Positions 46,662 to 56,483 of a DNA stretch of 64,000 nucleotides are shown piece by piece. The notes beneath the pieces are model-generated. The model saw nothing but the letters and a program-made list of their open reading frames with translations. It searched no databases and had not been told where the DNA came from. The translations under genes were made by a program, and so were the position numbers. How positions within the stretch are numbered: the stretch's first letter is position 1; each line of letters begins with the position of its first letter. Source of the DNA: a virus. Taxonomy: Duplodnaviria; Caudoviricetes. The DNA is taken from the IMG/VR virus record IMGVR_UViG_3300011242_000002, positions 209,302 through 273,301 of that record; one strand, 5' to 3'.

Positions 46662-48101
46662 ATGTCAAGCATTGCAGGTTTTATTAGTGGCTCAGGCCTC
46701 GAGGGTTTTGAAGATGCGCCGGCAGTAACCGATCTGCCGGATGACGTCAGGGATGATGAGCTAGCGGAAGTCAGCCGTGATGTGGACTTAACCGTCCAGG
46801 CCCTTAACGATCAACAACAGCGTGTGGCGACTCTGACTGACGTACGTGCCTACGGTGAAAGCATTCGTGCTACGCTCACCCCGGCTGAAATTACGGAGCT
46901 CCAGCGTCGGGTGGTAGCGGTAGTGGGTGAACAGCGCGGGTTGACCATCGTGGGTTCGGTAGAGCACTACGGTGGCAGCACCGGGCAATACGTGCTTGAT
47001 GCCGGGCTGGAATCGGTAGGTAGCATGCTGCGCGCGGCACTGGAAGCACTGATTAAGCTGATCCGTACCGGTGCGAAAGTCATGATGCGCTTCTTCAGCT
47101 CCGCCAAGGTAGTGCTGGGTAAGCAGCTGAAGGCACTGATGGATTTGAAAAACTCGGTCAACAACAAGCTTGAAGGTTGGGAAGAGTTTCAGATCTCCAT
47201 TGGTGGCGGTACCGGGGTGAAGGTGAATCACGGTCCCAGTGGAACCATCTTTGATCCACAGGCTGATGAGCCTTTGACCCCGTATGCGGCTGACGACGGT
47301 AAACGTCTAACGCCTGATGCGCTGTATCGGGTGCATGCCTCGCTTCTGTCCGTTACTAGCGCCAACGGCACGCTGCGTATCCCAAGTCCGTTTGTCCCGG
47401 TATTAAAGGAAACGGTCAGTGAGCTCCAGGGTGTAGTGCTGAAATCTGCCGAAGGCTTTTGTGAGCTGTACGACGATGTCATGGGGGCGGTTAAGGCCGC
47501 AGCCAAAGTGTCGGATGCTAATGTGGACGCCATCTTTAACAGCCTGGTGCTTGAGAAGTATGTTCCTCTGTCCAAGATGAAAATTGGTCGGGACAGCAAC
47601 GAGTTCCAGACACGTGTCTACAGCAAGTCGATGTTGGGTGACGTAGACTTTAACTTCTACGGTCCGCCGTGCGTGGTGTTTACCGCAGCCGGCAGAAACA
47701 CCAACGACGCGCTGAAGTCAGCCAACAGCTATGCGTCAATGGGGATGTCGCTGGGCTGCCGGAATCCTGAACGCACACAGCTCGACAGTTCAGTACTCTC
47801 GCTGAATAAGAAGGACAGCCTAGCTGCCATTGCGAGCGTGGAAGATCTGGTAGATTCCATTATTTCATCCAAGCTTGATAAAGCCTCAGGCGAGCTGGCG
47901 AAGCAGGCCGACGAGATTGCCAGTCGGGTGCTGCCAAGTCTCGACACCGGTAAAGCATCTGATGATTACCGCGGTGCAATTGCCCGTGCGATGAGCAACC
48001 TGACCGGTATCACCGGTGCGCTCCCGCGCGACCTGATTAGCTACGCCAACCAGTTAACCAACGCGGTGAAACACTACGTTGAGGTGAGCGCGGCCCTGTA
48101 A
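46662..48101 (+). CDS. phiKZ internal head protein family paralog (start revised; close paralog of 45295)
   Basis: GAGG RBS; GLEGFED, IVGSVE, GLES, FSSAKVVLGKQL. Confidence 0.72.
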   Translation: MSSIAGFISGSGLEGFEDAPAVTDLPDDVRDDELAEVSRDVDLTVQALNDQQQRVATLTDVRAYGESIRATLTPAEITELQRRVVAVVGEQRGLTIVGSVEHYGGSTGQYVLDAGLESVGSMLRAALEALIKLIRTGAKVMMRFFSSAKVVLGKQLKALMDLKNSVNNKLEGWEEFQISIGGGTGVKVNHGPSGTIFDPQADEPLTPYAADDGKRLTPDALYRVHASLLSVTSANGTLRIPSPFVPVLKETVSELQGVVLKSAEGFCELYDDVMGAVKAAAKVSDANVDAIFNSLVLEKYVPLSKMKIGRDSNEFQTRVYSKSMLGDVDFNFYGPPCVVFTAAGRNTNDALKSANSYASMGMSLGCRNPERTQLDSSVLSLNKKDSLAAIASVEDLVDSIISSKLDKASGELAKQADEIASRVLPSLDTGKASDDYRGAIARAMSNLTGITGALPRDLISYANQLTNAVKHYVEVSAAL

Positions 48102-48106
48102 TATAC

Positions 48107-48170
48107 CGTATCGTTGATTAACCATTATATGTGCCACCCGTGCGGTACACACGGGTTAATTGACGATACG
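48107..48170 (+). promoter_or_regulatory. 17-bp RNA stem with two G-U pairs enclosing a TATG motif
   Basis: cgtatcgttgattaacc pairs with ggttaattgacgatacg. Confidence 0.55.
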
Positions 48171-48199
48171 TCATTTCATGAAATTACGGAGTACAAACA

Positions 48200-49699
48200 A
48201 TGAGTATGTTTCTTGACGCCCTGTTAGCCAGTGCTGGCAATGAAGCTTTTGATGACCAGACAGCACCGGTGGTAGAGCCTGCGCCTGAGGTTGTGGTTGC
48301 ACCAGTTGTGGCGGAACCTGAAGTGGTGACAGCACCTATCGTGGCTGCGCCGGTAGTAGAGCCTGTGGTTGAAACGGTAGTGACTCCAGACCCTGTTGAC
48401 GTAGCCGCGGTTAACGCCGCTGCGGTACTGGTGGCGGAAGCGGAAGCGGATCTGGAGATTGCCAACAGTCGCGTTGCGCTGGCCACCCTCGATGGTGAAC
48501 TGGCTGTCGCCGAGCGTGAAGTGGCCGCTGACACCGATGCGATTAACCATATCCAGGAAGTGACTGCCGGTATCGAACACTTTATGGAAGTAGGTAGCAT
48601 CTCTGCCTCAACCGCCATGTTGCTGCAGCAGTCGGTTAACTCCGCGATGCGCAAGCTCGGTAAAGACGGCCGTGAAACCATGGCTGGTGGCCTGGAACAA
48701 TTCGGTGACTCTCCGGACCAGGCGATGATCGTTCTGGGCGCTGGCTTGCTTGAGCTGGAAGAAGAGAAGAAGTCGCTGGCCACCAAGGTCATGAACGCAA
48801 TCAAAGCGATTGTGAAAACGATCGGTGGGTTTATCGACCAAATGTTCGGCGCCACAACCCAGATGCGTACGAAGGTCACCGGCCTGCAGAAGACCATCAA
48901 AGGCAAGCCGGAGAAAGAAGTTGAGATCCGTGTGGGTGAGCTGATGATCAGCAAAGAGTACTCCACCAACATCCCAGCTGACCTCGACAAGTTTAAAGTA
49001 GCAATGATCACCAACACCATTGCTGCCATCACCAGTCGCAGCAACTGGTACTTCAAAACCGCACCACAGTGGATCAACAAGATCGCTGCCGCCGGTGACG
49101 CCGATGAAGCGCTGGGTTACGTGAAGAAGCTGGTTGTGCCGCCGATGAAGAACGCCACTACCTCCGTGCGTGACGAAGAAGGCATGGTACTGAAGCGCAC
49201 CGAAGTGACCCTCGGTAACTACGCGGTGTTTGAGCTGTCGGTGAAAGCCGGTGCGCCAACCGACGCCGCAAGTGCGGTCGCCTACCTGAAAGCTACCGCC
49301 AAGTCACGCATTAACATTCAGCGTGCGAAGATCGGTATCGCCCCACCTGAGCCTATCACGATGAACGAAGCACTGGCTTCTAAAATCCTGAGCTCGGTAG
49401 ACAGCTTGCTGGCGGAAGTGGCCAGCCTCAAACCGGCTATCGATGCCCTGGTGAAACAGAGCATCGACTTCAAAGCTATCACCAGCGAAGATGCTGATGT
49501 GAAGAAGATGGCGAAAGAAGCCGCTAACCTGCCAATGGGTCTGGTGGATACCGTGTCCCAGCTGCCACGTACCGTTGCCCGCGCGGCCCTGGACGTGTCT
49601 AAATCGGCCGTTGACCTGGTTGAAGCTTTTGCCAAAGCCAAGAAAGCTGACGCTGCCGAGAAAGACGGTGACGCCGATGCCGAAGCTGTACCAGCGTAA
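48200..49699 (+). CDS. phiKZ internal head protein family paralog with a V/E/P/A-rich propeptide
   Basis: GGAG RBS; GNEAFDD, GIE and GLE motifs; APVVEP-type repeats. Confidence 0.72.
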   Translation: MSMFLDALLASAGNEAFDDQTAPVVEPAPEVVVAPVVAEPEVVTAPIVAAPVVEPVVETVVTPDPVDVAAVNAAAVLVAEAEADLEIANSRVALATLDGELAVAEREVAADTDAINHIQEVTAGIEHFMEVGSISASTAMLLQQSVNSAMRKLGKDGRETMAGGLEQFGDSPDQAMIVLGAGLLELEEEKKSLATKVMNAIKAIVKTIGGFIDQMFGATTQMRTKVTGLQKTIKGKPEKEVEIRVGELMISKEYSTNIPADLDKFKVAMITNTIAAITSRSNWYFKTAPQWINKIAAAGDADEALGYVKKLVVPPMKNATTSVRDEEGMVLKRTEVTLGNYAVFELSVKAGAPTDAASAVAYLKATAKSRINIQRAKIGIAPPEPITMNEALASKILSSVDSLLAEVASLKPAIDALVKQSIDFKAITSEDADVKKMAKEAANLPMGLVDTVSQLPRTVARAALDVSKSAVDLVEAFAKAKKADAAEKDGDADAEAVPA

Positions 49700-49714
49700 C
49701 ATTGTCTAACCACT

Positions 49715-49747
49715 GGGGGAGGGGTTTTCCCCTCCTCCTTTATTCCG
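49715..49747 (+). terminator. Hairpin terminator
   Basis: ggagggg-tttt-cccctcc followed by tttattccg. Confidence 0.7.
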
Positions 49748-49763
49748 CCCTATAGGTGAAACC

Positions 49764-52037
49764 ATGAGTGAAGGACTGTCCCTTGGTGTCAACCACCAGA
49801 TGCTCGTCGACGAGTATTCACCCCGGGCTGTCGATGACAGTCAGGCATTAGATGACATTACCGAACGCCTTACCAAGGACAGTCCCGAACTGTCTGAAGG
49901 TAACGAAGCCCTGGTCATGATTGCCGCCCATGCCCCGGAAGCCATTCCGACCGACCTGGAGTTGGAGACCCTGCTGTTCCGTGTACGCGAAGCCGTGTTG
50001 GGTTACTTAGGTCAACACAGCGGCGAGGCCAAGCTGGAGGTCAGCGGCCTCGATGAACCCTTGACCGATATCGGCCTTGAGGATTACAAGCAGGTATTAC
50101 TTGCGGTGAAAGACCGGGTGATAAAAGCCATCCGCTGGCTGGCCAAACAGTTTGTCGCGGCCTATAAGCGCCTGAGCGATCGTCTGGGGCGTTTATCGGT
50201 GCGCCTGATGATGATCGAGCGCAAGCTGGACTCGAGCAGCGACAGCGCCATTCCCACCGATGTGATTAAACTGCCGCCGTCTGCGGCGATGCTCTCACTG
50301 TTAGGGAAGATTCCGGCTAACGCCTCGGAGGTGATGAACGCGGTCAACAAAGTCAAGTGGCTCTTCACCACCGTCCACAACGACTTTAACCTGTACCAGA
50401 ACACCTTCAAGCGTGCAATGGAATCCGGTAACCGCACCGAGGTGTTGGAGCTCGTTCGTGATTACCTGGGACATTTGGCTAACCGCTTGAATGCCAAGGC
50501 AGATTCACAGCGTAACGGTCGTCTGGTGTTTAACCAACTGCCTAACAGTTACATCGTGGAAATTTCCCAGGGTGACTCTTTTACCGACTGTTGGGCCACA
50601 ATCAACCGTACCGGGATACTCAACGTCGGTGGCGAAGAGTCACGCCGTCCGGATCGAGCAAGCCTGTCACGTCTGGTCAGCGAACAGCGTAACTTCCTGA
50701 AGGTGGTAAACGAACTCTACGGGAAAGTCGGTAGCCGCTTGACCACGGACTTCCGTAACCTGGTGCGTGACGCCGAACGCAGCCTGGATCGTTCAAACAC
50801 GGATAACCGTACGGTGGAGTCCACTATCAACTGGTTTACCGAACAGCAGAACCGACTGTTCTATCGCAGCATGGTCATGGCTTGCAGTACCATGTCAGCC
50901 GCCATGGACTACTGTGTGGTGTCGTTACGGGCCGATGGCGTGGGCGTTGAAGACCTGGCCGATGACGAATCCTTTGTTGGTGAAGGTGCAGCGTCGCATG
51001 TGGCGCAGCTGGGGCAATACTTTGATCAGCGGCAGGCTACCCTGGATCGCGCATTGGTGGGAATAACCACGCTCAGCGCCGCGGTAGAATCACTGGCCGA
51101 AAGCGGCACTCCTGATCACAGCGTCAGTCAGTTGCTACGCGCCGATCTGCAACCGGCACTCGCTCGCTATGACGGCCTGCTTAACCATCAGCGTTACCTT
51201 TACCCGGGCGAGCTGCCAGACTGTTCGGAATCGCTGATGCAGATGATGAACGCGGTCCAGCGTGAGCTGAACCTCTTTAGCACCACGTCCATGAAGGAGT
51301 TTCGCCTCCTGTTCCGTGTACGTACCGAAGAGGACAAACCTACCAGTCCGTTGTTGAAGAAGCACGGCTACCTGGGAGAATCCGGCTATGTTCAATATTT
51401 ACGTTACGGTAGCGAGACTCCAACGAATTGCGAAGGTGTCATGGAAGGGGCCCGCTATGGCGTGCGCACTCTTATTGGTGTACTGGCAGACTTCCGTGCT
51501 CGAACCGATACGGTGGTGGGAGCTCTTGGCGACACTGATATCCTGGTAACCGAGGTCTATGATGCCGTGGGTGCACAAAGCCGTACGGCGTTGCAGGATG
51601 TGACCCTGACCGGAGGCGTAGAGCTGAAGGCCTTGGTCAGCAGCAGCGCATTTGGTTCGGTGTCCACGGCACGCCTTTCGCTGTCGACTGACGCTCCCGC
51701 ACCGTATAGTGTGCCCGCCCCGGATGCCGAGGCCCGGGAGAAGATCCAGGAGCTGCTCGTTGTGTTAGTGGAGCTGGACGTTGCGTTAACGGATCACTGG
51801 CAGGCGATTAACCGCATCGTGCAGCACACCCGCACCATCCAAGGTATCTTGTTGGACAGCATGGCGCAGTGTAACCGCTCGCAGGTAGAAGGCTGGCTCA
51901 AGCACGGCCTTGCCTATCTGGGGTTATTGTTGACCGAAGCCCGCTGGCAATCTAACCTGCTGCGGGATCTGATGCTGTATCGTGAAGCTATGATCCTGTC
52001 GCTGTGCTTCTACCAAAACACCGGGGTGGATGAATGA
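49764..52037 (+). CDS. Large internal head protein (phiKZ gp97-like)
   Basis: 757 aa; GNE, GLED and internal GVED motifs; last gene of the paralog array. Confidence 0.65.
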   Translation: MSEGLSLGVNHQMLVDEYSPRAVDDSQALDDITERLTKDSPELSEGNEALVMIAAHAPEAIPTDLELETLLFRVREAVLGYLGQHSGEAKLEVSGLDEPLTDIGLEDYKQVLLAVKDRVIKAIRWLAKQFVAAYKRLSDRLGRLSVRLMMIERKLDSSSDSAIPTDVIKLPPSAAMLSLLGKIPANASEVMNAVNKVKWLFTTVHNDFNLYQNTFKRAMESGNRTEVLELVRDYLGHLANRLNAKADSQRNGRLVFNQLPNSYIVEISQGDSFTDCWATINRTGILNVGGEESRRPDRASLSRLVSEQRNFLKVVNELYGKVGSRLTTDFRNLVRDAERSLDRSNTDNRTVESTINWFTEQQNRLFYRSMVMACSTMSAAMDYCVVSLRADGVGVEDLADDESFVGEGAASHVAQLGQYFDQRQATLDRALVGITTLSAAVESLAESGTPDHSVSQLLRADLQPALARYDGLLNHQRYLYPGELPDCSESLMQMMNAVQRELNLFSTTSMKEFRLLFRVRTEEDKPTSPLLKKHGYLGESGYVQYLRYGSETPTNCEGVMEGARYGVRTLIGVLADFRARTDTVVGALGDTDILVTEVYDAVGAQSRTALQDVTLTGGVELKALVSSSAFGSVSTARLSLSTDAPAPYSVPAPDAEAREKIQELLVVLVELDVALTDHWQAINRIVQHTRTIQGILLDSMAQCNRSQVEGWLKHGLAYLGLLLTEARWQSNLLRDLMLYREAMILSLCFYQNTGVDE

Positions 52038-52348
52038 TTCCTGCAAAAATACCGTACCAGTATGAGTACCCGCTGGATTTCACCCCGTATGCCAAGGTCA
52101 TGGCAGCGCAGGTGATCAACCAGCCGCCTACGCCAGAATTGGCCGAGGTGCTAGCGGAGATTACCGGCCATCCCTGGACCACGGAGTTTCAGCAGCCGTA
52201 TACGCTGTACGGCGCCACGGTGTTCTATCGCGGGCCTAACCTGCCGGAGTTTCCCTCCAGCAACCGCTTTAGTTACTGTATTGGCATCGAACTCAGCAGC
52301 TGGTATTTTAACCGGCGTTTGTACCTGGTATTCAACATCTTAGAGTAG
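52034..52348 (+). CDS. Small putative virion protein (104 aa)
   Basis: ATGA-coupled to the previous gene. Confidence 0.6.
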   Translation: MIPAKIPYQYEYPLDFTPYAKVMAAQVINQPPTPELAEVLAEITGHPWTTEFQQPYTLYGATVFYRGPNLPEFPSSNRFSYCIGIELSSWYFNRRLYLVFNILE

Positions 52349-52350
52349 GT

Positions 52351-52409
52351 CGGCATAAGTGGCACTCCTCTCCCCAGCCAGGGAGAGGAGGCCGCTGTGC
52401 TTTATGCCG
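52351..52409. repeat. CGGCATAA-hairpin-TTATGCCG element (inverted copy of 35712-35770)
   Basis: Reverse complement matches 35712-35770 at 53 of 59 positions by manual alignment. Confidence 0.85.
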
Positions 52410-52411
52410 GG

Positions 52412-53086
52412 TTAATCTACAAAACCAAGCGGGAGTTCAGGCAGGGTATCGCCCACGTTCAGCAAACGCACCGCATCCTTGAAGTCCCAGTACTTCTTGT
52501 ACGCCGCATCGATACCGGCAAGCAGCGCCAACAGTTGATCCACAAGTTCAGCCGGTGTGAAATCAACAAACGTATTTTCGTAGGTACGAATGGACATGAC
52601 ATCAGTAGCGCCTGCTTCTTTACGCATCAGGGCAACCTGGAACAGTCCCACCCAGTTTCCACGATCACGCGGTGCCGCCTGCAGATGATAGCTGACGGTT
52701 TCGCCGTTGATCTCTTTGCTAAACGGAATACCGATCTTCAGCTCGCTTTCAACCAGCTGATCTGCATCAGTTAACAGCGCCGTGCGGCGTGCGTTAAAGG
52801 TGGTGGCTGCATCCGTTTCGCTGACCACCCAGGTCTGGTACCACTCGCCGTCTTCGCGCAGTTCAGGTGCACCCTGAATCACCACGTCGCCGGCCGGTTG
52901 CTCAACCGCGTTAACTACCGCGTAGCCAAAGCCGGCCAGTTCGGACACCGCTAGGGTATCAGAGGAGAAGATGGTTTGACGGTTGTCGTCTTTCAGGTTA
53001 CGGTAGTAGCGGGGAAACTCCAGGGTTTCCAGTTTAATCAACGGCGTGGAGCCATTAATCACGCGTACGGTTTCAGTTTCGCTCAT
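52412..53086 (-). CDS. Putative tail-fibre assembly/chaperone protein
   Basis: GAGGA RBS; immediately downstream of the fibre gene; GAPELREDGEWYQTW and IRTYENTFVDFT are typical of fibre-associated proteins. Confidence 0.55.
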   Translation of the reverse strand: MSETETVRVINGSTPLIKLETLEFPRYYRNLKDDNRQTIFSSDTLAVSELAGFGYAVVNAVEQPAGDVVIQGAPELREDGEWYQTWVVSETDAATTFNARRTALLTDADQLVESELKIGIPFSKEINGETVSYHLQAAPRDRGNWVGLFQVALMRKEAGATDVMSIRTYENTFVDFTPAELVDQLLALLAGIDAAYKKYWDFKDAVRLLNVGDTLPELPLGFVD

Positions 53087-53100
53087 AGCGTCCTCAGTAC

Positions 53101-53142
53101 AAAAAAGAAAAGGGTAAAGACAGGGGGTGTTGCCACCCCCTG
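53101..53142 (-). terminator. Possible terminator after the fibre gene
   Basis: cagggggtg/caccccctg stem with a T-rich tract downstream on the minus strand. Confidence 0.6.
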
Positions 53143-53147
53143 ATAGG

Positions 53148-56100
53148 TTACACGGACATCGAGGTTTGACCGGTCAGGTTCGCCCCGTCCCACAGCAGTG
53201 CAATCACCGTACGGGTGTCACCCAGTACCGGCGTTTCACCGCGCGACCAGCTGATCGGGTTAGTGAAGGTGATGTTACCCCCCTTCCCTTCCAGTACGAT
53301 CACGATGGTCGCAATACGGGTTGCCGCTGGCAGGTTGGTGATGGTCAACGCCTTGGTCGTGGTGCCGGACAGCTTAAAGCCGTTGCCCAGCGCAAAGTCC
53401 AGGGTATTGCCCGACGGCTGAATCAGCTTCAGGTCGTAGCGATCGAAGTCAAACTTGAGCGCCGTCCAGACACCGTCTTTACGCACGTAGCGCACACCGT
53501 CGACCGGTGCATCGTAGACGTTACCGCCGCCGAGTTTCCCGAGCTTAGACCAGGTTGCGGTATCGGTTTTCTGGAAGTAATCAAGGTTATCGGTGCGCAG
53601 GTAGAAGTCGCCCACGACACCGGTGGCGGAGTTCGGGTCGCCAGCAAGAACGATCCACTTGGTACCCGGATCCCCTTTGTCGCCTTTGTTCCCTTTATCC
53701 CCGGTATCCCCTTTCACCCCGGTCAGACCACGAATACCCTGATCACCTTTCGGCCCCTGGATTTGACCCACATCAACGAACGCACTGCCGTCCCACACGT
53801 GGAAGTTGGTGCCGATCATGTAGCCGTCACCGACCTCTGTGGCCGACGCTGGCAAATCACCGACGCTGGCTTTCTTACCGAGGATTTTAATCCCCGCACC
53901 GATGTCACCCTTCTCACCCTGTGGACCGGCTGGGCCTTCAAAGTCACCCATGTCTACCCAGTCGGTACCGTTCCAGGTTTTCAGGTTGGTACCTACCCCC
54001 CAGGTATCCCCCTTCACCTGCCCGGTGGTTGGCAGATCCCCATCGGTAGCCACGTAGCCTTTAAAGGAAACGCTGTCACCTTTATCCCCGGTATCCCCTT
54101 TATCACCCTGAACACCCTGTGCACCTTGTGAGCCTACGTCACCTTTCGCGCCAGTATCACCCTTAGCACCAGTGGCACCGGTATCCCCCTTGTCGCCCTT
54201 GTCGCCTTTTGGCCCCTGCAGGCTACCGAGATCCAGCCATGCCGTCCCGCTAGATACGTGCGAGTGCAAGGTATCGGACGCTACGTAGATCCAGCCGGTA
54301 TTGCCGGTGGCGGCAGCAGGTAAGGCAGAGGCTGATGCCACGGTGCCTTTCGGTACCAGACCTGCCCCGATGTCGCCTTTATCACCCTTGGCACCCGTAT
54401 CGCCTTTCACGCCTTGGGCACCCGACATGTCACCCATATCCACCCAGGCAGTGCCGTTAGAGATCCAAGAGTGCTTGGTGTCGACTAAGGTGTAGTACCA
54501 GCCGGTATTGCCGGTAGCGGGTGCAGGTAATGCAGCAAAGTTGGCTACGGACCCTTTGGCAATTACGCCAGGACCCACATCACCCTTGTCACCCTTGTCG
54601 CCTTTGGCGCCGGCAGCACCGGTATCACCTTTGGCACCATCCGCACCCTTCGCGCCAGAGAAGTCACCAAAGTCAACCCACGCCGAACCATCGGATACGT
54701 GGCTGTGTTTGTCATCCAGTGTGACGTACATCCAGCCGGCGTTGGCTGGGGCAGCCGCAGGCAGTGCAGCAGCGTTAGCGACAGAACCTTTTGGTACAAT
54801 CGGGTTACCCTGATCGCCTTTATCACCTTTCACACCCTGCGCACCGGTGTCGCCTTTCACACCCTGAATACCTTGATCACCCTTAACCCCTTGGCTACCT
54901 TGGGCACCGGTATCACCTTTGTCACCCTTGTCGCCTTTTGGCCCTTGGATAACGCCCAGGTACTCGTACGCACTTCCAGTCCAGCCATAGAAGCTACCGT
55001 TAATCAGATAGCCCTGGCCCAGCGTACCAGTGCCCGGCAATTCTGAGGTGGAGGTGAGTTTGCCAAGGATAGTGATCCCCGGACCCATTTCACCCTGGTC
55101 ACCTTTCGGCCCCTGCACCCCCTGGATACCCTGATCGCCTTTCACGCCTTGGTTACCCTGCGCACCGGTATCACCTTTCGGTCCTTGCACGCCTTGGGCG
55201 CCGGTATCGCCCTTGTCACCTTTTGGTCCCACCTGACCCACGATAGACCATTGGGTGCCGTCCCACACGTACATCTGCTGACTGATGATGTACGCATCAC
55301 CGACGATCTGATCCTGAGTAGGGAGGTCATCGGTGGAGTTGAAAGAGCCACGAATCTGCAGACCAATACCGTCGGCACCTTTCTGCTCTTCCAGGAACTC
55401 CTGTACGGTACCCTGGTTACCTTCTTTCAGCCACAGGTCATAGTTGGACAGGCCCTGCGGACCGGACATGTCACCGAGGTCTACCCAGACGCCGTTGGAG
55501 ACGGTGTGGTAATGACCTTTGATCACGAAGGTGTCGCCGTTACCGTAGTCGGCGGCATCCGGCAGCTGGCTAACGTCATCCAGATGATCAATAACCTGAA
55601 TACCCAGACCACGGTCACCTTTGTCGCCTTTATCGCCTTTATCACCTTTGGCACCGGTGGTCCCGGTTGCGCCGGTGTCGCCTTTAGCGCCTTTCGGACC
55701 GGTGAAGTCCCCCATATCCAGCCACTGCGTGCCGTCAGACACGTGCATGTGACCGGCGATGGTGTAGACCCAAGAGACGTTGCCGGCAGATGCCGCTGGC
55801 AGGTTAGTGGTAGACGCCAGAGTGCCTTTGGCCACCAGACCGGTGCCCTGTGGCCCACGCAGATCACCGAGGTTAACCCAGGTGGTGCCGTTAGAACCGT
55901 ACAGCACTGAGCCGACCATCGCTAAGGCGTTGAGGTTGCTGCCCGCGGGTGGCAGCGCACCCACAGTGGCAAAGACGCCGATGATGGAGACAGACACCCC
56001 GTCCTTACCGACGAAGGAGCCGATGCTCGTCCAGTCGATACCATTCCAGGCCCAACCTTCGGCTTTGACAAACCAGGTGTCACCTTTGACGTTGCCGGTT

Positions 56101-56447
56101 GCCGGCAGCGATGCAAAGTCAGGCTTAGTGCCAAGCAGGCGGATGTTGGTGCCGTCTACACCGTTGGTGCCGTTAGCACCGGTGTCACCTTTGTCACCTT
56201 TGTCACCCTTGGCACCCGTTGCACCAGCAGCGCCCGTGCTCCCGGTATCACCTTTGTCACCCTTATCGCCCTTATCACCTTTGGCACCGGTAGCCCCGGC
56301 AGGGCCGGTGTCACCTTTTGGTCCAACCATCAGCGACAGTGGAATTTTAACGGTTTGTCCTGATTGAACCGCCGGCACTACCTCGGTTCCCGTGAGTGTA
56401 GCATTGCCTGCCGGCAGCTGACTGATTGGAGTTTTGCTATTCGCCAT
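53148..56447 (-). CDS. Collagen-like (Gly-X-Y) fibre protein with 11 repeated modules and a foldon-like motif
   Basis: GDKGDKGDTG runs; ~50-aa repeated modules; DAPVDGVRYVRKDGVWTAL. Confidence 0.85.
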   Translation of the reverse strand: MANSKTPISQLPAGNATLTGTEVVPAVQSGQTVKIPLSLMVGPKGDTGPAGATGAKGDKGDKGDKGDTGSTGAAGATGAKGDKGDKGDTGANGTNGVDGTNIRLLGTKPDFASLPATGNVKGDTWFVKAEGWAWNGIDWTSIGSFVGKDGVSVSIIGVFATVGALPPAGSNLNALAMVGSVLYGSNGTTWVNLGDLRGPQGTGLVAKGTLASTTNLPAASAGNVSWVYTIAGHMHVSDGTQWLDMGDFTGPKGAKGDTGATGTTGAKGDKGDKGDKGDRGLGIQVIDHLDDVSQLPDAADYGNGDTFVIKGHYHTVSNGVWVDLGDMSGPQGLSNYDLWLKEGNQGTVQEFLEEQKGADGIGLQIRGSFNSTDDLPTQDQIVGDAYIISQQMYVWDGTQWSIVGQVGPKGDKGDTGAQGVQGPKGDTGAQGNQGVKGDQGIQGVQGPKGDQGEMGPGITILGKLTSTSELPGTGTLGQGYLINGSFYGWTGSAYEYLGVIQGPKGDKGDKGDTGAQGSQGVKGDQGIQGVKGDTGAQGVKGDKGDQGNPIVPKGSVANAAALPAAAPANAGWMYVTLDDKHSHVSDGSAWVDFGDFSGAKGADGAKGDTGAAGAKGDKGDKGDVGPGVIAKGSVANFAALPAPATGNTGWYYTLVDTKHSWISNGTAWVDMGDMSGAQGVKGDTGAKGDKGDIGAGLVPKGTVASASALPAAATGNTGWIYVASDTLHSHVSSGTAWLDLGSLQGPKGDKGDKGDTGATGAKGDTGAKGDVGSQGAQGVQGDKGDTGDKGDSVSFKGYVATDGDLPTTGQVKGDTWGVGTNLKTWNGTDWVDMGDFEGPAGPQGEKGDIGAGIKILGKKASVGDLPASATEVGDGYMIGTNFHVWDGSAFVDVGQIQGPKGDQGIRGLTGVKGDTGDKGNKGDKGDPGTKWIVLAGDPNSATGVVGDFYLRTDNLDYFQKTDTATWSKLGKLGGGNVYDAPVDGVRYVRKDGVWTALKFDFDRYDLKLIQPSGNTLDFALGNGFKLSGTTTKALTITNLPAATRIATIVIVLEGKGGNITFTNPISWSRGETPVLGDTRTVIALLWDGANLTGQTSMSV

Positions 56448-56483
56448 TACAGCACCTTATTCGGAAAATGGATAAAGATAAAA

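Noticed and set aside
53600-56330. Short DNA repeats that might suggest a CRISPR array or minisatellite
   Set aside because: They are codon-level repeats of Gly-Asp-Lys collagen triplets with no constant repeat/unique spacer structure
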